Shown: positions 1-12,138 of the stretch, piece after piece | Position numbering within the stretch: position 1 is the first letter of the stretch | Layout: each line of letters opens with the position of its first letter | Origin: Azolla caroliniana | Taxonomy: Eukaryota > Plantae > Polypodiophyta | Assembly: GCA_043228905.1 (NCBI GenBank) | Contig: JBHGNT010000001.1 | Span: forward strand, 20,336,001 to 20,400,000 | DNA length: 64,000 nucleotides | Direction of reading: 5' to 3' | The notes under the pieces: model-generated | Database searches by the model: none | What the model saw: only the letters and a program-made list of their open reading frames with translations | What the model was told of the DNA's origin: nothing | Translations under genes and position numbers: made by a program

Positions 1-1372
1 GCAGGAAGGCACAAATTTGTGAAGCTTGCCAACTTGGGAAGCAACCACGATTTCCCTTCCCCAACGAGTGTAACCGGAGCCGGAACAAGCTCGACCTGAT
101 AAACTCCGATGTGTGGGGGCCGACACAAAACGTTAGTCTTGGCGGGAGCCGATATTTCATCTTCTTCATCGACGACTACACGCGCCTCATTGAGAGGAAG
201 AGAGAAGTCTTCGATTGTTTCCGGGACCTCAAAGGGTTCGTGGAAACAGAAACAGAAAGAAAGATCAAGTGCCTGTAATCGGATGGCAGAAAAGAATACT
301 TTTCCGGTCAATTCAACGGTTATCTATAACAGATGGGAATTCGGCGCGAATTAAGTTGTAGATACACACTCGAGCAAAACGGCGTGGCCGAGAGGAAAAA
401 TCGGTCGGTTGTGGAAGCGGCATGGGCAATGCTGGAGGAGAAGAGCTTGCCCAAGTTCTACTAGGCCGAGGCGGTAAGGACCGCGGTATACATCCAGAAC
501 CGGATCGAAGACAAAGTGTCGGCGCACGAGCTATATTTCGGAATGAAGCCGAACTTGCGACACTTACGATTTTTTGGTAGCATTGCGTATGTCCATGTGC
601 CGAAGGAGAAATGGAGAAAGCTGGACGCAAAGGCCGAGAAATGTATCTTGGTCAGTTACTCAGACGAGTAGAAGGGTTATAAGTGTTATAACCCGCACAT
701 CAAACAAGCGTGCATGAGCCGCGACGTTGTGTTTGACGAGTCCGTGTCCTGGTACTTGCCTCCGACTCCGCACGTCACCTCCAATCCTAGTTCTAACGAT
801 GAGGTCAGCGAGACTGAGATGCCTCCGGATGATCCTGAAATCGGGACTCGCCGCGATGGAGAAAGAGATGCACGCATTGGCGGAAAACGAGACCTGGGAC
901 CTGGTTGACGCACCGAAAGGTGTGAAGCTGATCGGATGTAGGTGGGTGTACAAGGTCAAGTACATCACCGACGGCTCGGTCAACCGATACAAGGCCCGGT
1001 TAGTGGCAAAAGGCTACGCGCAGAAACACGACATCGACTACGATGAGACGTTTGCGCCGGTCGCGAAGATGACGACTGTTCGTGTTTTGCTCGCGGTAGC
1101 TGCGGCAAAGGGGTGGCACTTACATCAGATGGATGTAAAGAATGCGTTCCTACAAAGTTAGCTTGAGGAACATGTGTACATGGAACAACCCCCCGGATTT
1201 CACTCCGGAATGAATAGATTGGCAATGTGCCGATTGAAGAAGTCCCTTTACGGACCGAAGCTAGCCCCGCGTGCCTGGAACGCCAAGATCATGCAACAAC
1301 TACGTCGGATGGGCTTTACAACGTCAAAATCGGATTGTTCCCTGTTCATCTGGAAAGGTTGACTCGGTCCGG
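1..1372 (+). pseudogene. pol: Copia-1 pol fragment (integrase, N-terminal RT), with stops and frameshifts
   Basis: ORFs 727-1161 and 1174-1362 carry RVT_2-type motifs; integrase motifs in 1-700. Confidence 0.93.
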
Positions 1373-2063
1373 TGTCGTGTTACGCGCGTGCGTGGAGAAC
1401 GGGGCAGGACCATCGGGGTCTTGGACCGAGAAATAGCTGAGAAGGAGGAGAACGGAAAGGGAACAGACGCACTTGCACACGCACAGACACGGGAGCCCAC
1501 AGAAATCACAGTTCAACAACACAGCAAAACGAGACGACTAGAAATCCAAGTATATGAACACGTATGTATATAAATAAATAAATATATATCAAGACGGTTA
1601 CAACTAACAGGCCGACAAGGCGAACACCGACGCCTGTTCACTCACACAAAGAAGAGCGAGATGGGGACTCTGCCGGAAGCACATGGGCGTTCCTCGGAGC
1701 AGAGTTTGCCTCCCAAAACCTGCGCATAAAATGGTTATGGAGAATGGCAGAGGAGAAGGGCTCGGTCCCAGTCCGGCAGCACTTCGTCCCCTCTAACGCG
1801 CGATACCTTTTTCATTCCTCTCGCTCTCTTTTATAGCTCAAGGAGGGAGGCTGTTATAATCCGTTACATCACATTAATTCTCTGTCCTTTCGGACAGAGA
1901 TACACCTCAATTCTCTCCCTATTGAATGCGTGCTACCTAGGATTTCACCTCAGCCGACTTGTACCTACCTACTTACCATACAACAAAAAGTGTGCTTGCG
2001 TGTAAGGGCCAGTTTACACATGCTAAACTCGGTTTCCGCCTAGGGACGGTTTTCCTCACGATA
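1373..2063 (-). repeat. 3' LTR of Gypsy A (691 bp)
   Basis: Minus-strand termini TATCGTG...CACGACA (imperfect inverted repeat); preceded by purine-rich GGTGGGGGCGGA (2064-2075); TATA-like GCTATAAAA ~1830-1838. Confidence 0.88.
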
Positions 2064-2138
2064 TCCGCCCCCACCTAACCGCGCATCCACCGGTATGCGC
2101 CAAAATTGGGCTCTTGCTGGAGATAACCGGTCCATGCT

Positions 2139-4490
2139 TTACTCCTCCTCGTCTTCCGGATCGTCATCCGCCTCGGACCGCCCGTCGTTGCCGTCCATGC
2201 TTTCCAGATTCGGCTCACACTCGTGTCGTTTCTTAAACTCTTTGACCCTCTTCCCCGCTATCGGTATTGCCATCCCCGTACCGTCGAGCTCCGCAAGATG
2301 GTAGGTCCCGTTGTCGTTGGCGCCTGTCACCACGTAAGGCCCGAACCACCTCCTTGCAAACTTCCGCGTTGCCCTGTGCTGGTTGTTGAGGCTGCTGCCA
2401 TACACTAGGACCCTGTCGCCTTCCTCGATTTTCTTCGGTCGCAGTCGGTGAGTCCGGTCAAACCGCCCTTTGTTATTCAACCTTGCCAACCGAAGCTTCT
2501 CCGCGGCTCATTCCACGTCCTCCGGCCTTCGCTGGAGCTGTCGAATCCGTGCCGCTAACACCTCCTCCCGGTTCATCTCATCTCTCCAGTCCACCGTGGC
2601 CCATGAGGAGATGGTTCGCTCTGTTGGCATGATCAGGCTCTGTCCGTACATAAGCTCTGCCGGCATGAACCCGGTTACCGAACTGTGCGTAGTTCGGTCC
2701 GCCCACAAGGCATAAGGTAGCAGTCGCGGCCAGTTCCTGACTTGGCCTTCACACGCCCGTACTAGCACTTTGACGATTGGCCCGTGTCAGCGCTCCACCT
2801 AGCCGTTAGCCTTCGGATTGTACGCTGTGGTGAGCGAGAGTTTGACCCCTAGTCGGTCAAACAACTCTTCAACCTCTTGCGCGTCCAACTCTCCGCGGTC
2901 AGCCACGATCTTTCCTAAGCTCCCGTATCGACATATCACATCCTCAATCAAAAACTGGCACACAGCCGCGGTCGTTTTGTTCTGCAGCGCTCGGCCTTCA
3001 ACCTGGTTCGTCAGATCCTCTCGAGCCAGCACTAGATACCGCATTTGTCCTACCCCCATTGCCATCGTCACCAAATGCACCATCCATTTGAAGTGGACGG
3101 TCGGAGGGTAGGTCGGGTGAAGCTCGTCTCGGTGTCAGACTATGGAGTGCATCTGACAACTTTCACAAGTCGTCACGAACCGATGCACGTCCCGGTACAG
3201 TCCCGGACACCAGTACTTCCCCTTTAGCTTCTCGAACGTGGCCCACGTTCTACGGTGTCCGGCCCAGGGACTCTCGTGGTAGGCCTCCAACAACTCCTCC
3301 TGTTCCTCCTTCTTCGCCACCACTCGGAGTGGGATGCCGTCCCTCTTCTTCGGGTGCTTCCATATGTACCCGCCTCGAAGGAAGAATCGGTACGCTTTCT
3401 TCCGGATCCGGTTGGTCTCTTCCTTCGTCCACGCCGCGTCCGGTGTCATTGTTTTCAGGAGCCCGTCGATCTGGAGTCACTCCCCGTCATACTTGCTCTC
3501 ATTGAATTCGTTCAGCGCCGGAGTGTCCCCTTTCCTCGTCATCATGTTAGCCGACCCGAAAAAATCCTCGCCGACTTCTTCGTCATCTGAAACAATGCCG
3601 TCTTCGTCATGAACCTCGCTCTCGAAAGCATGTCGGCCATGGCGTTATCCTTTCTGGAGATGTGCCGTATCTCCGGGTTTAGGGACTTAATGTACACTAT
3701 CCACCGGAGCATTGCTAGGTCCGGCGTTGCGCATCCGGAAACTATGCCGAGAATCGGCAGGCAGTCCGTCTCGATGATCACTTCCGTCCCGATTAGATAG
3801 TCTTTATCGGCCTTTACCGCCGAAACGTTACCCCAGAGTTCGCGTTTGAACTGGGCGTATCCTCGCTGTCGCTCACTGAGGACCTTCTTGCCGAACCGGA
3901 TGGGGAACCTTGTGCCAACGTCATCCTCTTGGTTGATCACCCATCCGATCCCGGTCGGACTCGTGTCTACGGTTACGTAAATCGGAGTGTCTTTGCCGTA
4001 CACAGCCTTTCGGAGCGCCGGTGCTGTGGGAAGTGCTTCCTTCATCTTTCGGACTGACTCTGTATGCTCGTCTCCCCACTCGAATTTACGCCCTTTCTTC
4101 AGCAACCCATACAGTGGCTCCGCGACGTGGGCGTAATGTGGGATCCAGATATGGTAGAACGCGCATGCTCCCAAGAATCTGAGAACCTCCGTAACCGAAT
4201 TGCAGTCATGCTTCATCGCGGAGATGGCTTCCACCTTGGCCGGAGACAGCTTCCGACCATATTGTCCCTATAGGTGCCCGACGAACATGATCTCTGATTG
4301 CCCGAAGGCTGATTTTTCCCCAAAGAAGGTGAGCCTCGCGCCTTCTAGTCTCTGCAGCACCTTCTCGCAGTCATCGATGTGAGTCGCCACGAAATTGCGA
4401 CATCCGTCCGGTCCGATTGTGTCGTCCTTTTCCTCCACCGGGCATCCCCTGATTGGGATGTTGTCTAAGAATGGCATAGTGATGTTCGGG
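2139..4490 (-). pseudogene. pol: Gypsy A pol remnant (RT C-terminus, RNase H, integrase)
   Basis: ORFs 3542-4234 (VRRFLG-like, DTSPTGIG), 3135-3449 (H..H..CESCQ), 2799-3083, 2508-2768, 2139-2489. Confidence 0.92.
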
Positions 4491-4491
4491 A

Positions 4492-5164
4492 TGCGTGGAG
4501 AACGAGGTGGGACCACCGGGGTCTTGGACCGAGAAATAGCTGAGAAGGAGGAGAACAGAAAGGCAACAGATGCACTTGCACACGCACAGACACGAGAGCA
4601 CACAGGAATCACAGTTCAACAACACAACAAAACGAGACGACTAGAAGTCCGAGTATATGTACACGTATGTATATAAATATATATATATATCAAGATGGTT
4701 ACAACTAATAGGCCGGCAAGGCGAACACCGACGCCTGTTCACTCATACATAGAAGAGCGAGATGGGGACTCTGCTGGAAGCACATGGGTGTTCCTCGGAG
4801 CAGAGTCTGCCTCCCAAAACCTGCGCATAAAATGGCTATGGAGAATGGCAAAGGAGAAGGGCTCGGTCCTAGTCCGGCAACACTTCGTCCCCTCTAATGC
4901 ACGATACCTTTTTCATTCCTCTCCCTCTCTTTTATAGCTCAAGGAGGGAGGCTGTTATCATCCGTTACATCACATTAATTATCTGTCCTTTCGGACAGAT
5001 ATACACCTCGATTCTCTCCCTATTGAATGTGTGCTACCTAGGATTTCACCTCAGCCGACTTGTACCTACCTACTTACCATACAACGAAAAGTGTGCTTGC
5101 GTGTAAGGGCCAGTTTACACATGCTAAACTCGGTTTCCGCCTAGGGACGGTTTTCCTCACGATA
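4492..5164 (-). repeat. Second LTR copy of Gypsy A, missing ~16 bp of its U5 end and fused directly to RT
   Basis: Near-identical to 1389-2063; preceded on minus strand by PPT (5165-5176) and integrase tail (to 5275). Confidence 0.88.
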
Positions 5165-5286
5165 TCCGCCCCCACCTAACCGCGCATCCACCGGTATGCG
5201 CCAAAATTGGGCTCTTGCTGGAGATAACCGGTCCATGCTTTACTCCTCCTCGTCTTCCGGATCGTCATCCGCCTCCACCTAACTGG

Positions 5287-6521
5287 TCAGTATTTTACTA
5301 TATGTTGATGACTTGGTCATGACCGGCGCCGACCTAGGTGAAATCGACCGCGTGAAGCTCCAGCTTGCGGCATCGTTCGACATGAAGGATCTGGGGGATC
5401 TTCATTACTTCCTCGGGATCGAAGTGATCCATACCCCTGAAGGCATATTGATAAGCCAACACTATTATGTGTTGAGTATGCTCTTCAAATTCGGGATGGC
5501 CGACTGTAAGTCCGTCTCGACTCCTCTGGATAGAACCGTCAAGCTTCGCCCCAATTCCGGAAAGGTATGTGACCCGACAAGGTTCCGACAAATTTTCGGA
5601 AGCCTTATCTACTTGACAATCACCCGACCCAATCTTAGTTATCCGGTTGGGGTGATCAGTCAGTTTGTGGCACGATCTACCGAGGAGCACCTTCAGTGTG
5701 CACAACGCGTACTGCGGTACGTAAGCGGCACTAACGATCGGGGACTGCTATATCGGATCGGTACAACCTCGTAGTTGGTTGGCTACACCGATGTTGATTG
5801 GGCCGGCAACGCCGCGGATCGCCGATCCACGTCTGGATACACATTCTCTCTTGGGAGTGCCGCGATAGCGTGGAGCAGTAAGAAGTAGCCGACAGTTGCA
5901 TTGTTGAGCACCGAAGCTGAGTACCGAGGAGCGGCTATCGCGACATGCGAAGCCATATGGTTGCAATGGCTACTTAAGGACTTGCAAGAGGAGGTGTCCG
6001 ATCCGATGACGATCTACTGCGACAACCTCAGCAGCATCTAGCTCGCGAAGAACCCCGTTTTCCACGCACGGACCAAGCACATTGACGTGCGCTACCATTT
6101 TGTCCATGAGCGTGTCCTTTTTGGTGAAGTCGAACTTCAATATGTTCCGACGGATCGGCAAACTGCCGACATCTTCACCAAGCCTCTTGGTCTGGACAAG
6201 TTGCGGCAATTCTCGGGTACGCTTGGGTTGTGTCACCTCGACGTGCCAAACTTGAGGGGGAGAGACATCCCGAATGACCATGGAAGAGGGAGAGAAGTTC
6301 CAGAAGACGAAGACCGCGACACCGAGTCGGATGACGAATTCGACTTTGGATCGGCTAAAGGAGCCGAGGGCGGATCCGTGGGAGAGTCCAAAAGCGGACA
6401 TAAGGGGAGCAACCGAAAGAAAGAGCTGAAGCAAACCAAGCATGGGGGAGATGACGCCGTCAAGGGCAAGAAGACCGAAGACGAGTTGGAGACAGCCAAC
6501 TCGGACGAGAGCGAAAACTGA
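5287..6521 (+). pseudogene. pol: Copia-1 pol C-terminal part (RT end, RNase H, charged tail)
   Basis: ORFs 5313-5774 (FDMKDLG, YLTITRP) and 6087-6521 (YHFVHE, ADIFTKPL). Confidence 0.93.
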
Positions 6522-6788
6522 TCGTAGGTAGCTGAGTCGGTTCAGATGTTTGATTCGGATACACTGAATAAACCGAGGGCCAAGCGGAAAAGAAGACAAC
6601 AGGAGAAGCGCCAACACCGCGACAGCAAGGGAGCTTTGAAGGGTTGTGGGAGCAAACAAGCCGACCGGAAGGGTCGAAGCGCATGGAGTCGAACAGGCTG
6701 AGGAGTGCGAGTGAGGCGTGGAGCCAGGAGGAACCAGAGCGATGATCGAGAAGATCCAGAAGAGCGTCAAGTTGAGCTTGAGGGGGAG

Positions 6789-7226
6789 TGTTGAGAGACA
6801 AGCTCAACATCGGCTGGATCGGCTGAGCAAGCTGAGGACCGGATCGGTTGGGACCGATCGGTTAGGCCGGACCGGTGCGTAAAAGGGATACGCAAACCGG
6901 TGTGTAACGAGAGGCCGTATCAGTGCGTAAACCGAAAGGCCGTTAGAGAGATATTCCTCGTAAGGAATAGTTTTGGGAGTAAGTGTCGAGGCTCATTTAT
7001 GAGTAGTGAAGTACTGTTAGTACTTGTGTCAGCCCGATTGTCAGGGCTTGTATAAAAGGTGCTCACTGATCACGGTGTATGTACAGATTGAGTATTATAT
7101 TTGAATTTAGTTCTGTGTGTTCTCTCTCTGTCTCCCTTGCGTACTGTGTATATTCAAGCTCTCCATTAAACCTATGTATTTTCTTAGTGTTCATTTTTCT
7201 ATTGCTTCCGCACATAATCTTTCACA
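6789..7226 (+). repeat. 3' LTR of Copia-1
   Basis: TGTTGAG start right after the PPT; TATAAAA ~7051; CTTCCGCAC...TTCACA end shared with the other Copia LTRs here. Confidence 0.85.
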
Positions 7227-7379
7227 TAGACACTTGGAAATATTCCTACATACTGATTACAAGATTAGGTTATTGAAATTCTAAAATCTAGAGTATAGAA
7301 AAATGATGGTCTGCTAGTAAACTTGTCATTTGCAACATCAATTATTTGGATTAACGTCTTAAGCTACAAGGCCAATGTT

Positions 7380-10300
7380 ACATTACTATTATAGGAATTT
7401 GAATTTGACATCGTTCATCGACTAGGGGTGCAACATGCCGTAGCTGACTATTTAAGTCGACTGTATTTAGGAGAACCAGGCATCGGTGTTCGGGATCACT
7501 TTCCGGATGCACAACTATTTCGGGTGGAAGTTGAGAATACGATGGAAGTCGATGATGAAATCATTGATTGATGAATCACTGAAATGACGATATTTCTTAG
7601 TATCGGATTACCACCTGAGGGCATGTCACCTGATGAACGGAAACGACTCGTGGTTCAGAGTCGGAATTTCTGCTTGCCCAAGGAAACCTTATATCATAAA
7701 GGAGCGGATGGAATTTGGAGGACGACGATTTGGCAATTCGAAAAAGAAGCCATTCTACGTGAAGCACATTGCAGTATAGTCGGAGGTCATTATGCAAGAG
7801 AAACGACGGCCCAAAAGATTTGGAATAGTAGACTATGGTGGAGTATTGTCGACAATGCGACTTGTGTCAATGTATGGGCCAACCTAATGAAAAGGATCGG
7901 ATACCTCATCAACCAATGTTGCCGCTCGAACCTTTTCAAAAATGGGGTCTCAATTTTGTCAAGCCATCTAAACCGGCGGCGACAAGAACAAGTAACTGAT
8001 ATGTCATAGTCGCTACCGACTACTGTACGAAATGGGTCGAAGCCAAAGTTTTGCGAGATAATATGGTAGCTTCAACCGCTAAGTTTTTATACGAATGGGC
8101 ATATGGTGCAAATTCGGTTGTCCAATCGAACTTGTCATTGATCAAGGTACTCATTTTGTTAATAAAGTTATTTTTAAATTATCCCACTATTATGCAGTAG
8201 TGCACAAAAGAAGTACACCATATTACCCGCAAGCAAATGGATTAGCCGAATCTACGAACAAAACAGTCCAAACTATTTTGAAAAAAATAGTGAATGAAAA
8301 TCACACTGATTGGGATCAGAAGCTTCACATTGCTTTATGGGCCTACCGAACGACATACAAAATGATGATTTGATCGACTCCATTCAAGATGGCATTCGGT
8401 TTAGAGGAAATTATGCCAATAGAATTTCAAATTTCGAGCTTAAGAGTTCAAGTAATAGAGCGTCTGGATGAAGAACAGTCGGAGCAAATTTGGAAAGAGT
8501 AGTTGCTAAATCTAGAGGAAGGTCAATTGCAATCAATGTGGTATTTGGAGCAAAAACAACGAAAAATGAAGGAATTTGTCGATTGACATTGCAAAAGTAA
8601 GGAAAAATTGTTCGACATCGGTAAACCAGTTTTGGTGTTTCAGACCAAAATGGGGACTATGCCTAGAAAATGGCGGTTTAGATGGACAGGCCCATTTTGG
8701 ATTGTCAACAACTACAATGGCACGCACCAAATCGGTACGTTAGCAGGAGAAGTATTACCGAAATGGCTCAATGGTTTTCATGTCAAACCATACCAAGGGC
8801 TGACTCTGGCAAATCTATTCCAATGGCAGTCAGCCGACTAGCTGTAAGGGTCGGAAGGTTATACTTGTAAATGTTATTATGAAAAAAAAAGGAAAAAGAA
8901 AAAACAAGAAAAAAAAACTGGTAAAATAGAAAAAGAGAAAAAGAAAGAAACAAAAAATTGAAAACCAAATATTTTCTTGCCATCATTACTTCTTGGTACG
9001 GCTCTTATCAGAATATATAAGGACATGGAAATTATGATTCTGTCATGATTTCAAGTGGTGGCTATTCAATAGGCCTTAATAGAAGATTCTAAATCTACTA
9101 TATCCTATCTCGAGTTATGGACCACTCTCTATCAAAAACTTTTTCAAATCATCCTCTCTTTACAGAAAAACGTAGGCAAACACTAGAGCACAGATGAATA
9201 CAAATGAACGGAGCATTTTTCGCAAACAAATAGGCAAGAAGTGCAACAACGGTTAGCAAGAGACATACACGACGTCAACTTAACCTTGATGATTCACACA
9301 CGATTAGACAACTGAATTGTTATCAGAGTACCGAGCAACAATCTGTGTCAAACACAAAGAATAGTGGTATATCATGACAATATGCCGATCCAAGTTTCTG
9401 ATAGTCTGCGTAAATGGCTGAAGACCAACGAGCTTGAATGATACCTACGGGTTGCGGATACCGAGCCACATCCACCGGCAGTTGAAGTAGTCAAAGAAAT
9501 CAATGTCGACAAGATTTCTAATCAACAAGTATGTCGATTTCTAAATCTGAAGAAGGAAGGATACAATCTGATGGATTCATTAGAAAAAGAGGTCATGGAA
9601 TCCTATTTCGGACCGTACTCACCATCGGCTAAATCCTATCGGACATTCAGAGGTAAAGATCTCTTTTCTTTCATGATGTTGCAATGTTTCTATTAGACGT
9701 GACATGTGTTAACCCATGGCAATATTGTATGCCGAAATAGAGGGCCGGTTTTATAATCACCACATATGAAGGTTCGAAGGTAGACGGGGGGGTACATCAC
9801 AGGTGTTGTGTTATGAGAACAAATGCACGGGGTGCAACATGGAAAACCAATGAAGCCGATCTTTGCAAATTGGTTGATGGTATTATGTCACACTAGAGCC
9901 ACTGAAACAAGAGAAGAAGCAGGCTTCACGAGCAGGGCCAAAGGAATCGGTAAGACGAACTATACCATGGGAAGAATGGCAAGAAGAGCTGGAACTTGAA
10001 ACTCAGCAACCACCCAACATACGAGTACCAGGATCAGAACCAGGCAACAATAGACAATGGGAAGACGACTTACAACACGAAGAAATGATGACAACACGGC
10101 CGGAAGAAGACCAACAACAACAACAAATGGAGAAGGAGAAAGAAGATCAACAATCAGAGAATAGAAAATGACAATCGGAGCAACAAGATTGACTAAGAAA
10201 ATGGACGAAGCAGGCAGCTAATCGAATGCGGCCAGAACAACCACCCACTATGAAGGAAGTGCCAGCAATGACTCAGGAAAAGACAACCACATCCGCGCCA

Positions 10301-11630
10301 TCAACGACAACTGTACCAGTCGATTCAGTGCCGAAAGAGACTACCACAACCCACATGATAAGAAGGGTTGATTCAATTTCAACTATAGTAAAGGAAAAAT
10401 GCCAAGTGTCAGAGGTCGCACCAAGAGACATTTTTTTAAAACCCGATACGCCACTAGCTGTACATGAAATAGCTGCCATACTTAGGTTTGGCACATCTTA
10501 TGGGCTGATAGACTGGTTAGCTAAAAGGTTGCAATTTGCGTCATAACAGCTAGCCTAGGAACACAAGGACAGAGAAATGATTGAGAAGGCGATGCTAGGA
10601 GCATTAGAGCTAGAGGACGAATGGGAACTACAAAGAATCGGCTGGCAACGAGATGCTCGAAACAAAGGTATGGCCATACAACCTTCTCCTCTTCACACCG
10701 CTCTGATTGAAACACACCTAGAATTGGCCAAAATCACACAAGAGGCCAAGGACATTGTTGTGGTATGTAAGAGAGCGGAGAAAGCATTGGAGTAGATGCA
10801 AAGGGAATGGTCAACAACTAAAAAGACCAATGAGGAATTAACAAGTGGGCTACAAGACGTAGAAACAAAGTTGAAGAAGGCGGAACATCGAATCCAAGGT
10901 TATGAATCCCAAAGGTCGCACGTACTAGATGCCTCATTGGAGGCGAAATTGGCCGTACAAGTAGCCAACATTAAATAGGCTACTAAAAGGGCAAAAGAGG
11001 CCGAAGCTGAACAAGAAACAATTACCAAATGCCTACAGGCCATTCAGGAAGCACTGGAAGCAATCACATAGGCGCGATAGGAGGAACAAGAGAAGAAAGA
11101 AGAGCTTGAGTTATATATCCAAGTGCAAGAGGAGACATATGCCAAATTTGTAGCCAAGGTAGAAATGTCAAGGGACGAGTTCGATAGGAAGTACAGGGAC
11201 CTAGAGGAAAAATACGAGTAGAAACGCCACGCCCTAATAGTAGCAGAGGCAAAACTCCAGTTCGACCACAACACAGCTGAGAACCTCTATCATGAATTAC
11301 AAAAAGAAATTGATAGTCTCAAATACAAGCATTCTATAGGGGGAGAGAAGGTTTGACCCATACTTATGCGACATAAGGAGCACACACGCTTGATGATTTC
11401 TGAGTCGTTAGACAAGGGCTAGAAAACATGGTTGGCACAAGTAGCAAAATTACAACCGCTATGAGTCGACCATGAGAACCGGAAAAAGCAAGGACCGTGG
11501 TTCTTCAAGATGATTGAAGCAAGTATAAACACGGTCTGGGAGGAGTTGGCTAACGACATTTATGAGTTCACTGCACAACACATGGAGGAAATTAATAGGA
11601 TGTTGGATGAATTCGAAGACCAAAAAATAG
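7380..11630 (+). mobile_element. Athila-like Gypsy 'K' remnant (RNase H end, integrase, long third ORF); old, AT-drifted, no LTR visible
   Basis: EFEFDIVHR, EAHCSIVGGHY, TPYYPQANG, FRWTGPF motifs match elements D and J; downstream ORF3 remnant. Confidence 0.85.
9382..11630 (+). pseudogene. Third ORF of Athila-like K (N-terminal conserved domain, acidic linker, coiled coil, conserved C-terminal domain)
   Basis: Manual translation from ATG 9382 aligns to ORF3 of D (YFGPYSPSAKSYRT vs YFGEYSLGSKAYRT; FFKMIEASINTVWEE vs FYKMDEESIVTIQEE). Confidence 0.75.
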
Positions 11631-11879
11631 TGTTGAGAGGGCAAGTTGAACCGGATCCGGATCGGGGAGATGGATCGGAGAGCCAGATTCGAGTGCGAAC
11701 CGGAAGCCTAGTAGTAGCCCAGACTACTAGGTAGTTGTTGTCTCATAGTTAGTGTCAGTCACTCGTAGGATCATTGAAGTACACTGTACTTCTGTCAGTC
11801 CTTCTAAGGACTTGTATAAATAGTCTTGTGTAAACACATTGTATGTGTATAGAGAACTATTGTTTTGAATCTACTTTTA

Positions 11880-11944
<65 letters not shown>

Positions 11945-12045
11945 CCGTGCATATTCTCTGTGTGAAGCTTCCATTGGACATTCTCATCTCTGTTGCAATC
12001 CGGCTAAGGCAGTTTGTTGAACGCTTCCGCACGTTTACTTTTTCA
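11631..12045 (+). repeat. 5' LTR of Copia-B, containing a (CT)n microsatellite at ~11883-11937
   Basis: TG...CA termini; TATAAATA ~11816; immediately followed by PBS. Confidence 0.92.
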
Positions 12046-12057
12046 TGGTATCAGAGC
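12046..12057 (+). promoter_or_regulatory. Primer-binding site, tRNA-iMet
   Basis: TGGTATCAGAGC directly after LTR end. Confidence 0.95.
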
Positions 12058-12138
12058 GCGAGGGTTGAGAACCTCTGCAGCTGACAAACGCTTCGAAGAC
12101 AAACCCTAATACTCGGCAACAACAGACAGAGAACTGAC

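Larger units (their letters stand above)
1373..5282 (-). mobile_element. Gypsy 'A' (FLDD-type lineage), rearranged: INT tail-PPT-LTR' / RT end-RH-INT / PPT-LTR
   Basis: Minus-strand RT end (ITMPFLDNIPIRGC, EKSAFGQSEIMFVGH), RNase H 3542-4234, integrase 2139-3449 with WFGPY (GPY/F). Direct repeat 1389-2174 / 4492-5275. Confidence 0.9.
1..7226 (+). mobile_element. Copia-1: Ty1/Copia LTR retrotransposon, 5' part outside window, interrupted at 1373-5282
   Basis: Order is integrase (CEACQLGK...TPEQNGVAERKN), RT ([25 protein letters not shown] at ~5300), RNase H (DWAG, TKHID), PPT GAGGGGGAG 6780-6788, then a TG..CA LTR. RT reading continues across the insertion (GGT CCG G | TC AGT ATT). Confidence 0.95.

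Noticed and set aside
5970-6770. 266-aa hydrophobic antisense ORF (similar ones at 28097-28759, 40155-40757, 50033-50800)
   Set aside because: Shadow frames of purine-rich sense sequence; start and stop positions are not shared between related copies.
7227-7380. AT-rich spacer between the Copia-1 LTR and K
   Set aside because: Too short and featureless to assign.
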